Assembly: GCA_964476825.1 (NCBI GenBank)
Contig: CAYZCD010000002.1
Span: forward strand, 1-42,059
DNA from: an uncultured archaeon
Lineage (GTDB): Archaea > Aenigmatarchaeota > Aenigmatarchaeia > JACPZZ01
Direction of reading: 5' to 3'
Length of the DNA stretch: 42,059 nt
Shown here: positions 7,758-15,074 of the stretch, one piece after another
Layout: each line of letters begins with the position of its first letter
How positions within the stretch are numbered: the stretch's first letter is position 1
Position numbers and translations under genes: made by a program
The notes under the pieces: generated by a model
What the model saw: the letters and a program-made list of their open reading frames with translations, nothing else
What the model was told of the DNA's origin: nothing
The model's database searches: none

Positions 7758-8216
7758 ATGGTCTGGTTTGTAAGAAAGAAACTCGATGCGGCGCCAATTG
7801 AACCAAGCCTATCTATGGAAAGTGAACAGGTTTTGATGACGCCAGAACCGATGCCGAAGCCGGTGGTTGAAACGCCTGCGATGCGAGAAGCCCCACTGTT
7901 TATCAAAGTCGACCGTTACAAGGAAATGCTTTCTTATTTCGGAGCCTTGAAAAACGACATAGAGACGTTGCGGCAGTTAAGCTCGGTTTTAAACAGCACC
8001 CAGGAAATGTTCATGGAAACGAACAAAGCGATAAGTTCTACTCTGGAAAGAACGGATAAGATATTGGAATCGCTGGACTCGGAAATGGGGCGCCCGGCCG
8101 GTTTGAACATAAACATGGACGCAGAGGCCAAGCGGGCGGAAATGAAGGTTTCTTTAAACGAACTGAAAAACCAGCTCGAAAAGCTGAAAAGCGAAGTAAA
8201 GGCTATTTCTGCCTAA
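7758..8216 (+). CDS. coiled-coil protein, unknown function
   Basis: The track ORF starts at TTG 7707. The first ATG is at 7758, preceded by AAATTTATATTA 14-25 nt upstream. The C-terminal half has heptad-like repeats. Confidence 0.55.
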   Translation: MVWFVRKKLDAAPIEPSLSMESEQVLMTPEPMPKPVVETPAMREAPLFIKVDRYKEMLSYFGALKNDIETLRQLSSVLNSTQEMFMETNKAISSTLERTDKILESLDSEMGRPAGLNINMDAEAKRAEMKVSLNELKNQLEKLKSEVKAISA

Positions 8217-8256
8217 GCTATTAATATTTCTGAACAAAACAGATTCTAAGTAAACT

Positions 8257-8288
8257 GAATCATACCGATACAAAATACGGTATGATTT
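8257..8288. repeat. tRNA-associated hairpin family, copy H2
   Basis: GAATCATACCG / CGGTATGATTT gives 10 bp plus one G.T pair. Loop is ATACAAAATA. 5' flank AACT, and the 3' flank TAGTT abuts tRNA-Leu directly. A collapsed CTGAAC..GATTCTAAGT relic lies at 8230-8251. Confidence 0.8.
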
Positions 8289-8324
8289 TAGTTGCGGGGG
8301 TAGCCAAGCCCGGTCAAGGAACCA

Positions 8325-8348
8325 GAAGCATATCTGCTGATATGCTTC
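8325..8348. repeat. hairpin family copy H3, inside the tRNA-Leu D-loop intron
   Basis: GAAGCATAT / ATATGCTTC is 9 bp perfect, with loop CTGCTG. Enclosed by AACC (8320-8323) and GGTT (8354-8357). Confidence 0.7.
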
Positions 8349-8400
8349 AGTCGGTTCGACTTGAGTGATGAGGTTAAGCAAACTGGCGCAACAACAAACT

Positions 8401-8421
8401 GACACATACATGGTATGTGTC
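8401..8421. repeat. hairpin family copy H4, inside the tRNA-Leu D-loop intron
   Basis: CT-GACACATAC / GTATGTGTC-TGGTT is 9 bp with loop ATG. The flanks mirror the family CTGA...T(A/G)GTT pattern. Confidence 0.6.
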
Positions 8422-8638
8422 TGGTTGCAATGCGTCTGTCTGAACAACCAATGACTAGAGGCGTCAGACTCAAGTAAGCTTTCCCAGAAAGAAAGCCTAA
8501 GCAAAGAAGGGAAATCTGATCTCCTAGCGAGTTCGTCGGTTCAAATCCGGCCCCCCGCACTTTCTTTTCACTAAAAAAGCCATATTTAAACCTTGCAGAA
8601 ACTCATTATTCATACAAACTTTTTGAAAACGTGGTTTC

Positions 8639-9724
8639 ATGAAAGCGTACTTAGGTTATTCGGTTGTCGGCGTGTTCGCGTTTGACCCAGCCGGGACGCT
8701 ATTGGACAAGGAGTTTTTCAAGAAAGACGCGAAGCAGATTTCCATCAGATTAAACAAGGCCAAAAGCGAATTCCTGGACGAAGAGCTTGCATTGCTTAGA
8801 AGGCTCACAAAAAAAGGCGCAAACGAATTTTTCGGGGCATACCCAAAATCCGGCGAGTTCCGGATCAACCGCGATTCCGGGTCACTGGGCGAAAACAATG
8901 CAAAAGGCGTTTTTCGTGAAATTGCGCTGAGGGACAAGTGGGTTGTTTCACAGGCTGAACTAAACAAAATACTATCTGGCGTCGGGGCTGAGAGTTCCAA
9001 AGAAGAACTGCGCAACGTCGACAAGGACAAAATAGGAATGCGGGTTGTAGGCATGATAGACGAATTGAACAGGAACATAAACACGCTTTCAGAACATTTA
9101 CGCGAATGGTACGGGCTGTACTTCCCTGAAATTAACGGGCTGCTGAGGGACAATGAAAAATTCTCGGTTTTTGTGGCGGATAAAACACTGCGCGGAAATT
9201 TTGAACGCGACGGGAGAAAATTGGATATAGAAACCGCGGGTATGGAATTCGATGAGAATGATCTGGAAAGCGTAAAACAGGCGGGCCTCACACTAAAGCA
9301 AATGTATTTTGAGCGCAAGAACCTGGAAAATTATCTTGAAATATTGGGCAAAAAAATAATGCCGAATACGTCCGCTGTTGCCGGTGCGCTTCTCGCTTTC
9401 CGCCTAGTGTCGCAGGCAGGCGGGCTGGATAAACTTGTAAAACTGCCGTCGTCCACAATACAATTACTGGGTGCCGAAAAAGCTTTATTCAGGTTCTTAA
9501 AAAAGCAGGGCAAAGCCCCCAAACACGGCATAATTTTCTACCATCCGGCTGTAATTTCAGCGCCGATACCAATACGCGGAAAAATAGCACGCATCGTTGC
9601 GGCTAAAATAACCATGGCCGCCAGGGTCGATTTCTATTCCGGCAACGACAAAAGCGCAGCTATGAAAGAAGAGCTGAACCGCGTGGTAAACAACGCGTTA
9701 ACTCATTTCAAGGAAAGCGGTTGA
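8639..9724 (+). CDS. nop5: Nop5 (Nop56/58) C/D box sRNP core protein
   Basis: NOP-domain signature GAEKALFRFLK...PKHGIIFYHP. Sits immediately upstream of fibrillarin, as in most archaea. Confidence 0.9.
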   Translation: MKAYLGYSVVGVFAFDPAGTLLDKEFFKKDAKQISIRLNKAKSEFLDEELALLRRLTKKGANEFFGAYPKSGEFRINRDSGSLGENNAKGVFREIALRDKWVVSQAELNKILSGVGAESSKEELRNVDKDKIGMRVVGMIDELNRNINTLSEHLREWYGLYFPEINGLLRDNEKFSVFVADKTLRGNFERDGRKLDIETAGMEFDENDLESVKQAGLTLKQMYFERKNLENYLEILGKKIMPNTSAVAGALLAFRLVSQAGGLDKLVKLPSSTIQLLGAEKALFRFLKKQGKAPKHGIIFYHPAVISAPIPIRGKIARIVAAKITMAARVDFYSGNDKSAAMKEELNRVVNNALTHFKESG

Positions 9725-9727
9725 TCC

Positions 9728-10384
9728 ATGAAGTTGAAGGAAATTTTTCCGGGAGTCTTCCGTATAGACGGCCAGCTGGCTACAAAAAACCTGGTTAGTG
9801 GAAGGTCGTATTCAGAAAAAATAATAAACGTCAACGGCGAAGAATACAGAACCTGGAACCCGGAAAAATCCAAGGCCGCGGCCGCGATTTCGAAGGGAAT
9901 AAAAAATTTTCCGATAAACAAAGGCTCAAAAATCCTATACCTCGGAATAGCGCAAGGACAGACAGCTTCGTATTTTTCCGACATAATAGGCAACGACGGA
10001 ATAATTTATGGAGTTGAATTTTCAGCGCGTGCTGTTAGCGATCTTGTAATCGCATGCGGAAAAAGGGAAAATATAGTCTCCATAAAAGCAGACGCGCGCA
10101 AGCCCGAGGATTATTCATGGGTCGAAAAAGTCGACGTAGTCTATGAAGACGTCGCGGATTCCGAGCAGGCGGCGATATTGCTAAGGAATGTTGACGCTTT
10201 CCTAAAGAAAAACGGATATGCGATGATTGCGATAAAAGCAAGAAGCATAGACGTCACAAAAAACCCGTCTAAAATTTTCCAGGAATCCCTGTCCATGATA
10301 AAGGAAAAAATGGAAATATTGGACTATGTGACGCTGGACCCGTTTGAAGTCGATCACGCATTTATAGTGTGCAGGCCAAGGTGA
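9728..10384 (+). CDS. flpA: fibrillarin-like rRNA/tRNA 2'-O-methyltransferase
   Basis: GSKILYLGIAQGQTASYFSDIIG is the SAM-binding motif. Length and gene order with nop5 fit. Confidence 0.9.
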   Translation: MKLKEIFPGVFRIDGQLATKNLVSGRSYSEKIINVNGEEYRTWNPEKSKAAAAISKGIKNFPINKGSKILYLGIAQGQTASYFSDIIGNDGIIYGVEFSARAVSDLVIACGKRENIVSIKADARKPEDYSWVEKVDVVYEDVADSEQAAILLRNVDAFLKKNGYAMIAIKARSIDVTKNPSKIFQESLSMIKEKMEILDYVTLDPFEVDHAFIVCRPR

Positions 10385-10388
10385 TAAA

Positions 10389-11183
10389 ATGAAACTGCTC
10401 GCGTTTTTGATGGCGGGTCTCCTATTAATTCCGTATTCTTCTGCGAGTTATATCACCATCAACTCACAATTAACAGACATATTTGCCAGCGAAAATTCGG
10501 CGCCGGTGAAATCCACGGTTTCCAATTCCGGCGACGAGCCCGCGTTCTCCGTCCAAACTTCGTTCAAAACCCCAGACGGGATAATGTTTCCCACACTATT
10601 TGAAGCGAAGCTGGGCCCGGGCGCCCAGGCTGATAATTTTTTTAGCGCAAACATAACCGGGATCAAACCCGGCAAATATCCTATCGTAACCGTTACGGAA
10701 TATTCGGATGCGAACAATTACCCGTTTTCCGCTATTTCTTCCCTGTTCTTAACCTACAAACAACGGACATCTTCGAACGTTAACGGTGTTATAGAGGACG
10801 TTCAAATACCAAAAGGCGGAAAATCGGAGGCGCGGATAAAAATTGCCAACAGCGGTTCGGTTGGACGAAACGCAAATATAACGATATTCCTGCCGAAGGA
10901 ATTGTTCGCGTCTTCTTACACCGCAGATGTGAAATTAAAACCCGCAGAACAAAAAACCGTCGGGATAGAAATATCTTCGCTTTCCGCCTTGCCTGGGAGC
11001 ACTTACACAGTTTTGGCTTCGATGGAATACGAAGATTCGGGATTACATTATTCTTCGTTTGCGCGCGGGCTTGCCACAATTTCCAAGGATGAAGGCATAT
11101 TTTCTAATACTGCAATTGCAGCTTCAATTTTCCTGCTTTTCGCCTTAATCCTGCTCAAGAACCGAAAACTGAAAAAAAGATGA
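10389..11183 (+). CDS. secreted CARDB-like surface protein with C-terminal TM anchor
   Basis: Sec-type signal MKLLAFLMAGLLLIPYSSAS. Repeated xVxNSGxxxA strand motifs. C-terminal hydrophobic helix followed by KNRKLKKR. Confidence 0.6.
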   Translation: MKLLAFLMAGLLLIPYSSASYITINSQLTDIFASENSAPVKSTVSNSGDEPAFSVQTSFKTPDGIMFPTLFEAKLGPGAQADNFFSANITGIKPGKYPIVTVTEYSDANNYPFSAISSLFLTYKQRTSSNVNGVIEDVQIPKGGKSEARIKIANSGSVGRNANITIFLPKELFASSYTADVKLKPAEQKTVGIEISSLSALPGSTYTVLASMEYEDSGLHYSSFARGLATISKDEGIFSNTAIAASIFLLFALILLKNRKLKKR

Positions 11184-11187
11184 TCCC

Positions 11188-13281
11188 ATGAGGAAGGATT
11201 TTTTTATCGGAATAGCCACATTTGCCGTAATATTTTCTTTCCTGTTCACACATTTTAAACCCGACTTGGTTTTTTCAGATACAACCATCACCGGAGGCGA
11301 TACGGGGTCGCACAATTACCTTTTTTATTACATGAAAAGCAGCCTTCTGCCAAAACTGGAATTAACGGGCTGGAGCCCGGACTGGTATTTGGGATTTCCA
11401 ATATTCCAGTTTTATTTTCCCATTCCGTATGCTTTAGGTTCCATACTTTCCAATTTTGTACACGCTAACATTGCAGTGAAAATAATCACACTCCTGGGAA
11501 CTTTCATGCTGCCCGCCGCCGCGTATTTTGCGATGAAGGCGCTGGAATTCGAGGAGCCGGCCCCGTGCATCGCCGCTTTCCTTTCCCTCATTTTCCTTTT
11601 CATCGAATCCAATTCGGTTTGGGGAGGCAACATACCCAGCACGCTTTCGGGCGAGTTTGCGTACAGCATCAGCTTTGCCATGGCATTTTTCTTTATCCCA
11701 TCGGTATACGCCTCGCTTTCGAAGGGGAAATACGAGATTAAAAATTCCTTGCTGTTTTCCCTTGTTGTTTTAACCCACGTTTACACAGCAATATTCTCGG
11801 TCGCAGCCTCTTTCCTGGCACTAATGTGCGCCGATAAAACTAAAACGAAAGAAAGTGTTTTAGTTCTTACGAAAACTTACCTGGTGTCCGCATTTCTGGT
11901 CGGTTTCTGGGCTCTTCCGCTCGTTAACGACATACACTTCAAGACAGACTTCGGTTACAGATGGACGATAGAAAGCATGTCCACCATATTCCCGGCGATT
12001 TATTTCCCTATAATTATATTTTCCATTCTAGGAATAAAAAACGGCGCAACCAAAAAAGATGCGCGGGTCCTGTTCTTAATTTACACCATGTTATTAGCCG
12101 CGATTCTATACCTGGCTTCGCAGTTCATCGGGCTTGTTGATGTAAGATTCCTCCCCTTCCTGCAATTCGCCGGAGTATTATTGGGCGCGTACGGATTTTC
12201 CCAAATCATTAAAAAAATCAAACCGCAGGGCGCAGGCGTGATAATTGCAGGGCTCCTGACAATATTGTGGGTCAACAACAGCATTTCCTACATAGACGGG
12301 TGGATAGACTGGAATTACAGCGGGTTTGAATCGAAGAACTCGTGGACGCAGTTCAGTGAAATAAATGATTTTCTTAAAAATCTACCTTACGGCAGGATGT
12401 TCCACGAATATTCGCCGTCGCATTCAAAATTCGGCACGCCGCGAGCCTTTGAGCTGTTGCCGATGTTTACAGGCAAGCCCGTAATAGAAGGATTGACCAT
12501 AGAATCCGGTTTATTGGCTCCGTTTACGTTTTACCTGCAGTCCGAGCTTTCCGAATCCCCCACGTGTCCGATTCCGGGATTAAAATGCTCATATTTTGAC
12601 GCAATAAACGGCACGGAACACCTGAAATTGTTCGGTATAAAGTATGTGATAGCCACGTCGGACAAATTAAAAAATTCGCTGGATGGCATAGCACAATACC
12701 AAAAATTAAAATATTTTGGTGACATATCCGTGTACGAATTGGGCGGCACGAGTTATGCGTCCGTGCCTAAATACGAACCTGTGGCCGTGATAACCAACGA
12801 CTGGCGCAACGCTTCCATGTCATGGTTCAAAAACACTGATATGCTCGATGTGCCGCTGGTCTTCGTTGGAGAGCGGGACAAAAGGTTTTCCCAGACGATT
12901 TACGGCTATGATCCGCTTAAAATAAAAAAAATCCCGGCGGAAAACAACTGTTCAGTAAACGAAACTTTTGGGAACGAAAGCCTTAAAATAAATACTTCGT
13001 GCGTTGGAAAGCCATTGCTGGTTAAGATTCCGTATTTTCCGGACTGGTCTGTCATTGGCGCGGATAAAATTTATCTCGCATCCCCCGGATTCATGCTTAT
13101 TTTTCCGCTGCAGCCGGAAGTAGAATTAAAATATGGTTCTACAACGAACTTGGTTGGAAACGCGCTTACAATATCCGGGCTGGTTTTCACCGGAGTATAT
13201 TTATTTTCTCCCGTATTTAGAAAAAAGTTTCAACACTATGGCAACGGCAAGCATGTTAGCAAGCATAGAAGGTATGTTTAG
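11188..13281 (+). CDS. large polytopic membrane protein, possibly a GT-C-type glycosyltransferase
   Basis: 697 aa with more than 10 predicted TM segments in the N-terminal two thirds and a soluble C-terminal domain. Lies next to a GT2 gene. Function is inferred from architecture only. Confidence 0.4.
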   Translation: MRKDFFIGIATFAVIFSFLFTHFKPDLVFSDTTITGGDTGSHNYLFYYMKSSLLPKLELTGWSPDWYLGFPIFQFYFPIPYALGSILSNFVHANIAVKIITLLGTFMLPAAAYFAMKALEFEEPAPCIAAFLSLIFLFIESNSVWGGNIPSTLSGEFAYSISFAMAFFFIPSVYASLSKGKYEIKNSLLFSLVVLTHVYTAIFSVAASFLALMCADKTKTKESVLVLTKTYLVSAFLVGFWALPLVNDIHFKTDFGYRWTIESMSTIFPAIYFPIIIFSILGIKNGATKKDARVLFLIYTMLLAAILYLASQFIGLVDVRFLPFLQFAGVLLGAYGFSQIIKKIKPQGAGVIIAGLLTILWVNNSISYIDGWIDWNYSGFESKNSWTQFSEINDFLKNLPYGRMFHEYSPSHSKFGTPRAFELLPMFTGKPVIEGLTIESGLLAPFTFYLQSELSESPTCPIPGLKCSYFDAINGTEHLKLFGIKYVIATSDKLKNSLDGIAQYQKLKYFGDISVYELGGTSYASVPKYEPVAVITNDWRNASMSWFKNTDMLDVPLVFVGERDKRFSQTIYGYDPLKIKKIPAENNCSVNETFGNESLKINTSCVGKPLLVKIPYFPDWSVIGADKIYLASPGFMLIFPLQPEVELKYGSTTNLVGNALTISGLVFTGVYLFSPVFRKKFQHYGNGKHVSKHRRYV

Positions 13282-13902
13282 GTAACTAAAGCTGGATTTT
13301 TTCACAACTTTCGGTTTTACAAAAACCTCCTTTATACTGGCGCCCCCGTTTTTCATCCTGTACAATATTTCCGCGTCGAATTCGAAACCCTTCCCTAAAA
13401 CGCGCCCGATTTTTTTTATCTCGCCGGATCGGAACAGTTTTAAACCCGCTTGCGTGTCGTCGAATTCCAATCCCAGCAAGGTTTTTGACATCTTGTTCCA
13501 CAATCTTCCGAAAAGTTTTTTCGGCAAGCTGCCTTCTACCTCGAAGAACTTTTTTCCTTTCCACTTGGACGCGATCACGCAGTCATGACCACGCAATTCA
13601 CGGATCAAAGTGGACAGGTCCGCGGGCCCGAATGCCCCGTCGGCGTCGGCGAACGCCACCAATTTTTTGGTCGCGTTTTTGACTCCTTCCATGACGGCAG
13701 CGCCTTTCCCAGACTTTCTCGGAAGGCGGATAACTTTTATTTTTTTGTTCGCTATTGATTTGGCTATTTCATAGGTTTCGTCTTCCGAACCGTCGTCGAC
13801 AACGATTATTTCGGCTTTTGGAAACTTACTAGAAAATTCCAAGACCGTTTTTTTAATCACCCCCGCTTCGTTGTGCGCAGGAATAATTATTGAAATTTCC
13901 AT
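13201..13902 (-). CDS. family 2 glycosyltransferase (dolichyl-phosphate sugar synthase-like)
   Basis: ISIIIPAHNE, VVDDGSEDET and ADADG motifs, plus a C-terminal TM helix. Confidence 0.8.
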   Translation of the reverse strand: MEISIIIPAHNEAGVIKKTVLEFSSKFPKAEIIVVDDGSEDETYEIAKSIANKKIKVIRLPRKSGKGAAVMEGVKNATKKLVAFADADGAFGPADLSTLIRELRGHDCVIASKWKGKKFFEVEGSLPKKLFGRLWNKMSKTLLGLEFDDTQAGLKLFRSGEIKKIGRVLGKGFEFDAEILYRMKNGGASIKEVFVKPKVVKKSSFSYLNIPSMLANMLAVAIVLKLFSKYGRK

Positions 13903-13906
13903 CCAC

Positions 13907-15046
13907 TCACTTCTTCGCCGGGGCGGGATATCTGGTGTTATTGTTTATGAGTGCGTTCTTGAACGCCACCCAATCGCTTTTGCGTATAGATGCTGCGGCG
14001 GCCTGCGGGTGCCCGCCTCCGCGCGCGTCTTTCAGTCCTGCGATGCTCGCCTTTACCAAACCGCTTAGATCGGCGGTGCGCTGGTTTCTTAAACTGCATC
14101 CGATGCGGTCTTCCGATTCACGGCAAACAACCACTGTCATACGCTGGAATTTGTCTGATATTATCGACGCAACGACGGATTCGATGCGCTTGTCCGTTTT
14201 TATGCTGTAGATTGCTATGTTTGCAGCCGGGTTTAATTCGGAATCTTTTTCGAAATTTTTCACGAATCGGTCTATAATTGCCTGCATTTCCGCATGCCAT
14301 TCCTTCAATGTTTGTGCGGATAGGAACGCGTCGACATTGATCGCACGGTCCATCACAATTCTGGCCGTTTCTATCCCGTTGTCGTCAGAAGCTTTCGCAG
14401 ACATGATATATTCGGAAGCTTTGCCGTACTTAGTTTGCGAAAAATCTTTCTGCGTTGATGCGACTCTTCCGTAAATTGACGAGAAATCTTTGACTAAATC
14501 CTGGCAATTGTCGATTCCATGATCGCCTATGGTTCCTATTAAAGAAATCCAAGAATAATCTTTAGCAAGTTCGGCGCTTATTTTTCCGGCTATCTTGTGC
14601 ATGATATACGACGCAGGCAGGTAAGCTGTTGCGTCCGCGAAGCGGGTGTTTACGTGGGTTATATCCAGCATGTTCAAATCCATTGACGCGGGATGGTGGT
14701 CTATCACGATAATTTTTGTCCCGTACTTTTGTTTTATCATAACCAACGGGTTTGCGTCCTGGTCGACGGCCATATCCACGAATACGAGGTAATCCGGCTG
14801 CAGTTCGGATAGCGAGCGCATTAACGCGGGAGTAACGGCGGGCGTGCCGGGGTCGCATGGAATTGTTTTGACGGACCCGCATCCTATATGCTTCAGTATC
14901 TTCGACGCCATTACAGCGGAGCAGACCCCGTCGGAATCGCGATGGTATACAACTACGACCAAGGCGTTTTTCCTCATTTGTTTCAGCCAATTGGCAGCTT
15001 CAACGTACAACGAATCGAGTGTTTTCACAATAACCACATACTCCAT
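13907..15046 (-). CDS. DHH-family phosphoesterase (RecJ/NrnA-like)
   Basis: HRDSDGVCS, IVIDHHP and GGGHPQAAAA motifs. The track ORF extends to 15103, but the ATG at 15046 avoids overlap with the IleRS 3' end. Confidence 0.75.
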   Translation of the reverse strand: MEYVVIVKTLDSLYVEAANWLKQMRKNALVVVVYHRDSDGVCSAVMASKILKHIGCGSVKTIPCDPGTPAVTPALMRSLSELQPDYLVFVDMAVDQDANPLVMIKQKYGTKIIVIDHHPASMDLNMLDITHVNTRFADATAYLPASYIMHKIAGKISAELAKDYSWISLIGTIGDHGIDNCQDLVKDFSSIYGRVASTQKDFSQTKYGKASEYIMSAKASDDNGIETARIVMDRAINVDAFLSAQTLKEWHAEMQAIIDRFVKNFEKDSELNPAANIAIYSIKTDKRIESVVASIISDKFQRMTVVVCRESEDRIGCSLRNQRTADLSGLVKASIAGLKDARGGGHPQAAAASIRKSDWVAFKNALINNNTRYPAPAKK

Positions 15047-15074
15047 TAGGAAAATCAATTCATATATTCTTTTT

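Larger units (their letters stand above)
8294..8559 (+). tRNA. tRNA-Leu (anticodon CAA) with two introns
   Basis: Exons: GCGGGGG-TA-GCC-AAGCCCGGTCAA, then GGC-G-TCAGA-CTCAAG, then A-TCTGA, variable arm CTC-CTAGC-GAG, and GTCGG-TTCAAAT-CCGGC-CCCCCGC-A. D-loop intron is about 8318-8459. The canonical 37/38 intron is 8475-8513. Confidence 0.75.

Noticed and set aside
8365-8443. C/D box sRNA in the tRNA-Leu D-loop intron: GTGATGA at 8365, with CTGA at 8399 and 8440.
   Set aside because: The box spacing does not fit. There are 27 nt to the first CTGA, no UGAUGA-like C' box, and no terminal stem joining the C and D boxes. It is recorded only as a weak possibility, by analogy with the Haloferax tRNA-Trp intron.
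8154-8560. Minus-strand ORFs 8154-8504 and 8288-8560.
   Set aside because: They run across tRNA-Leu, its introns and the upstream hairpin. The locus is explained by the tRNA fold.
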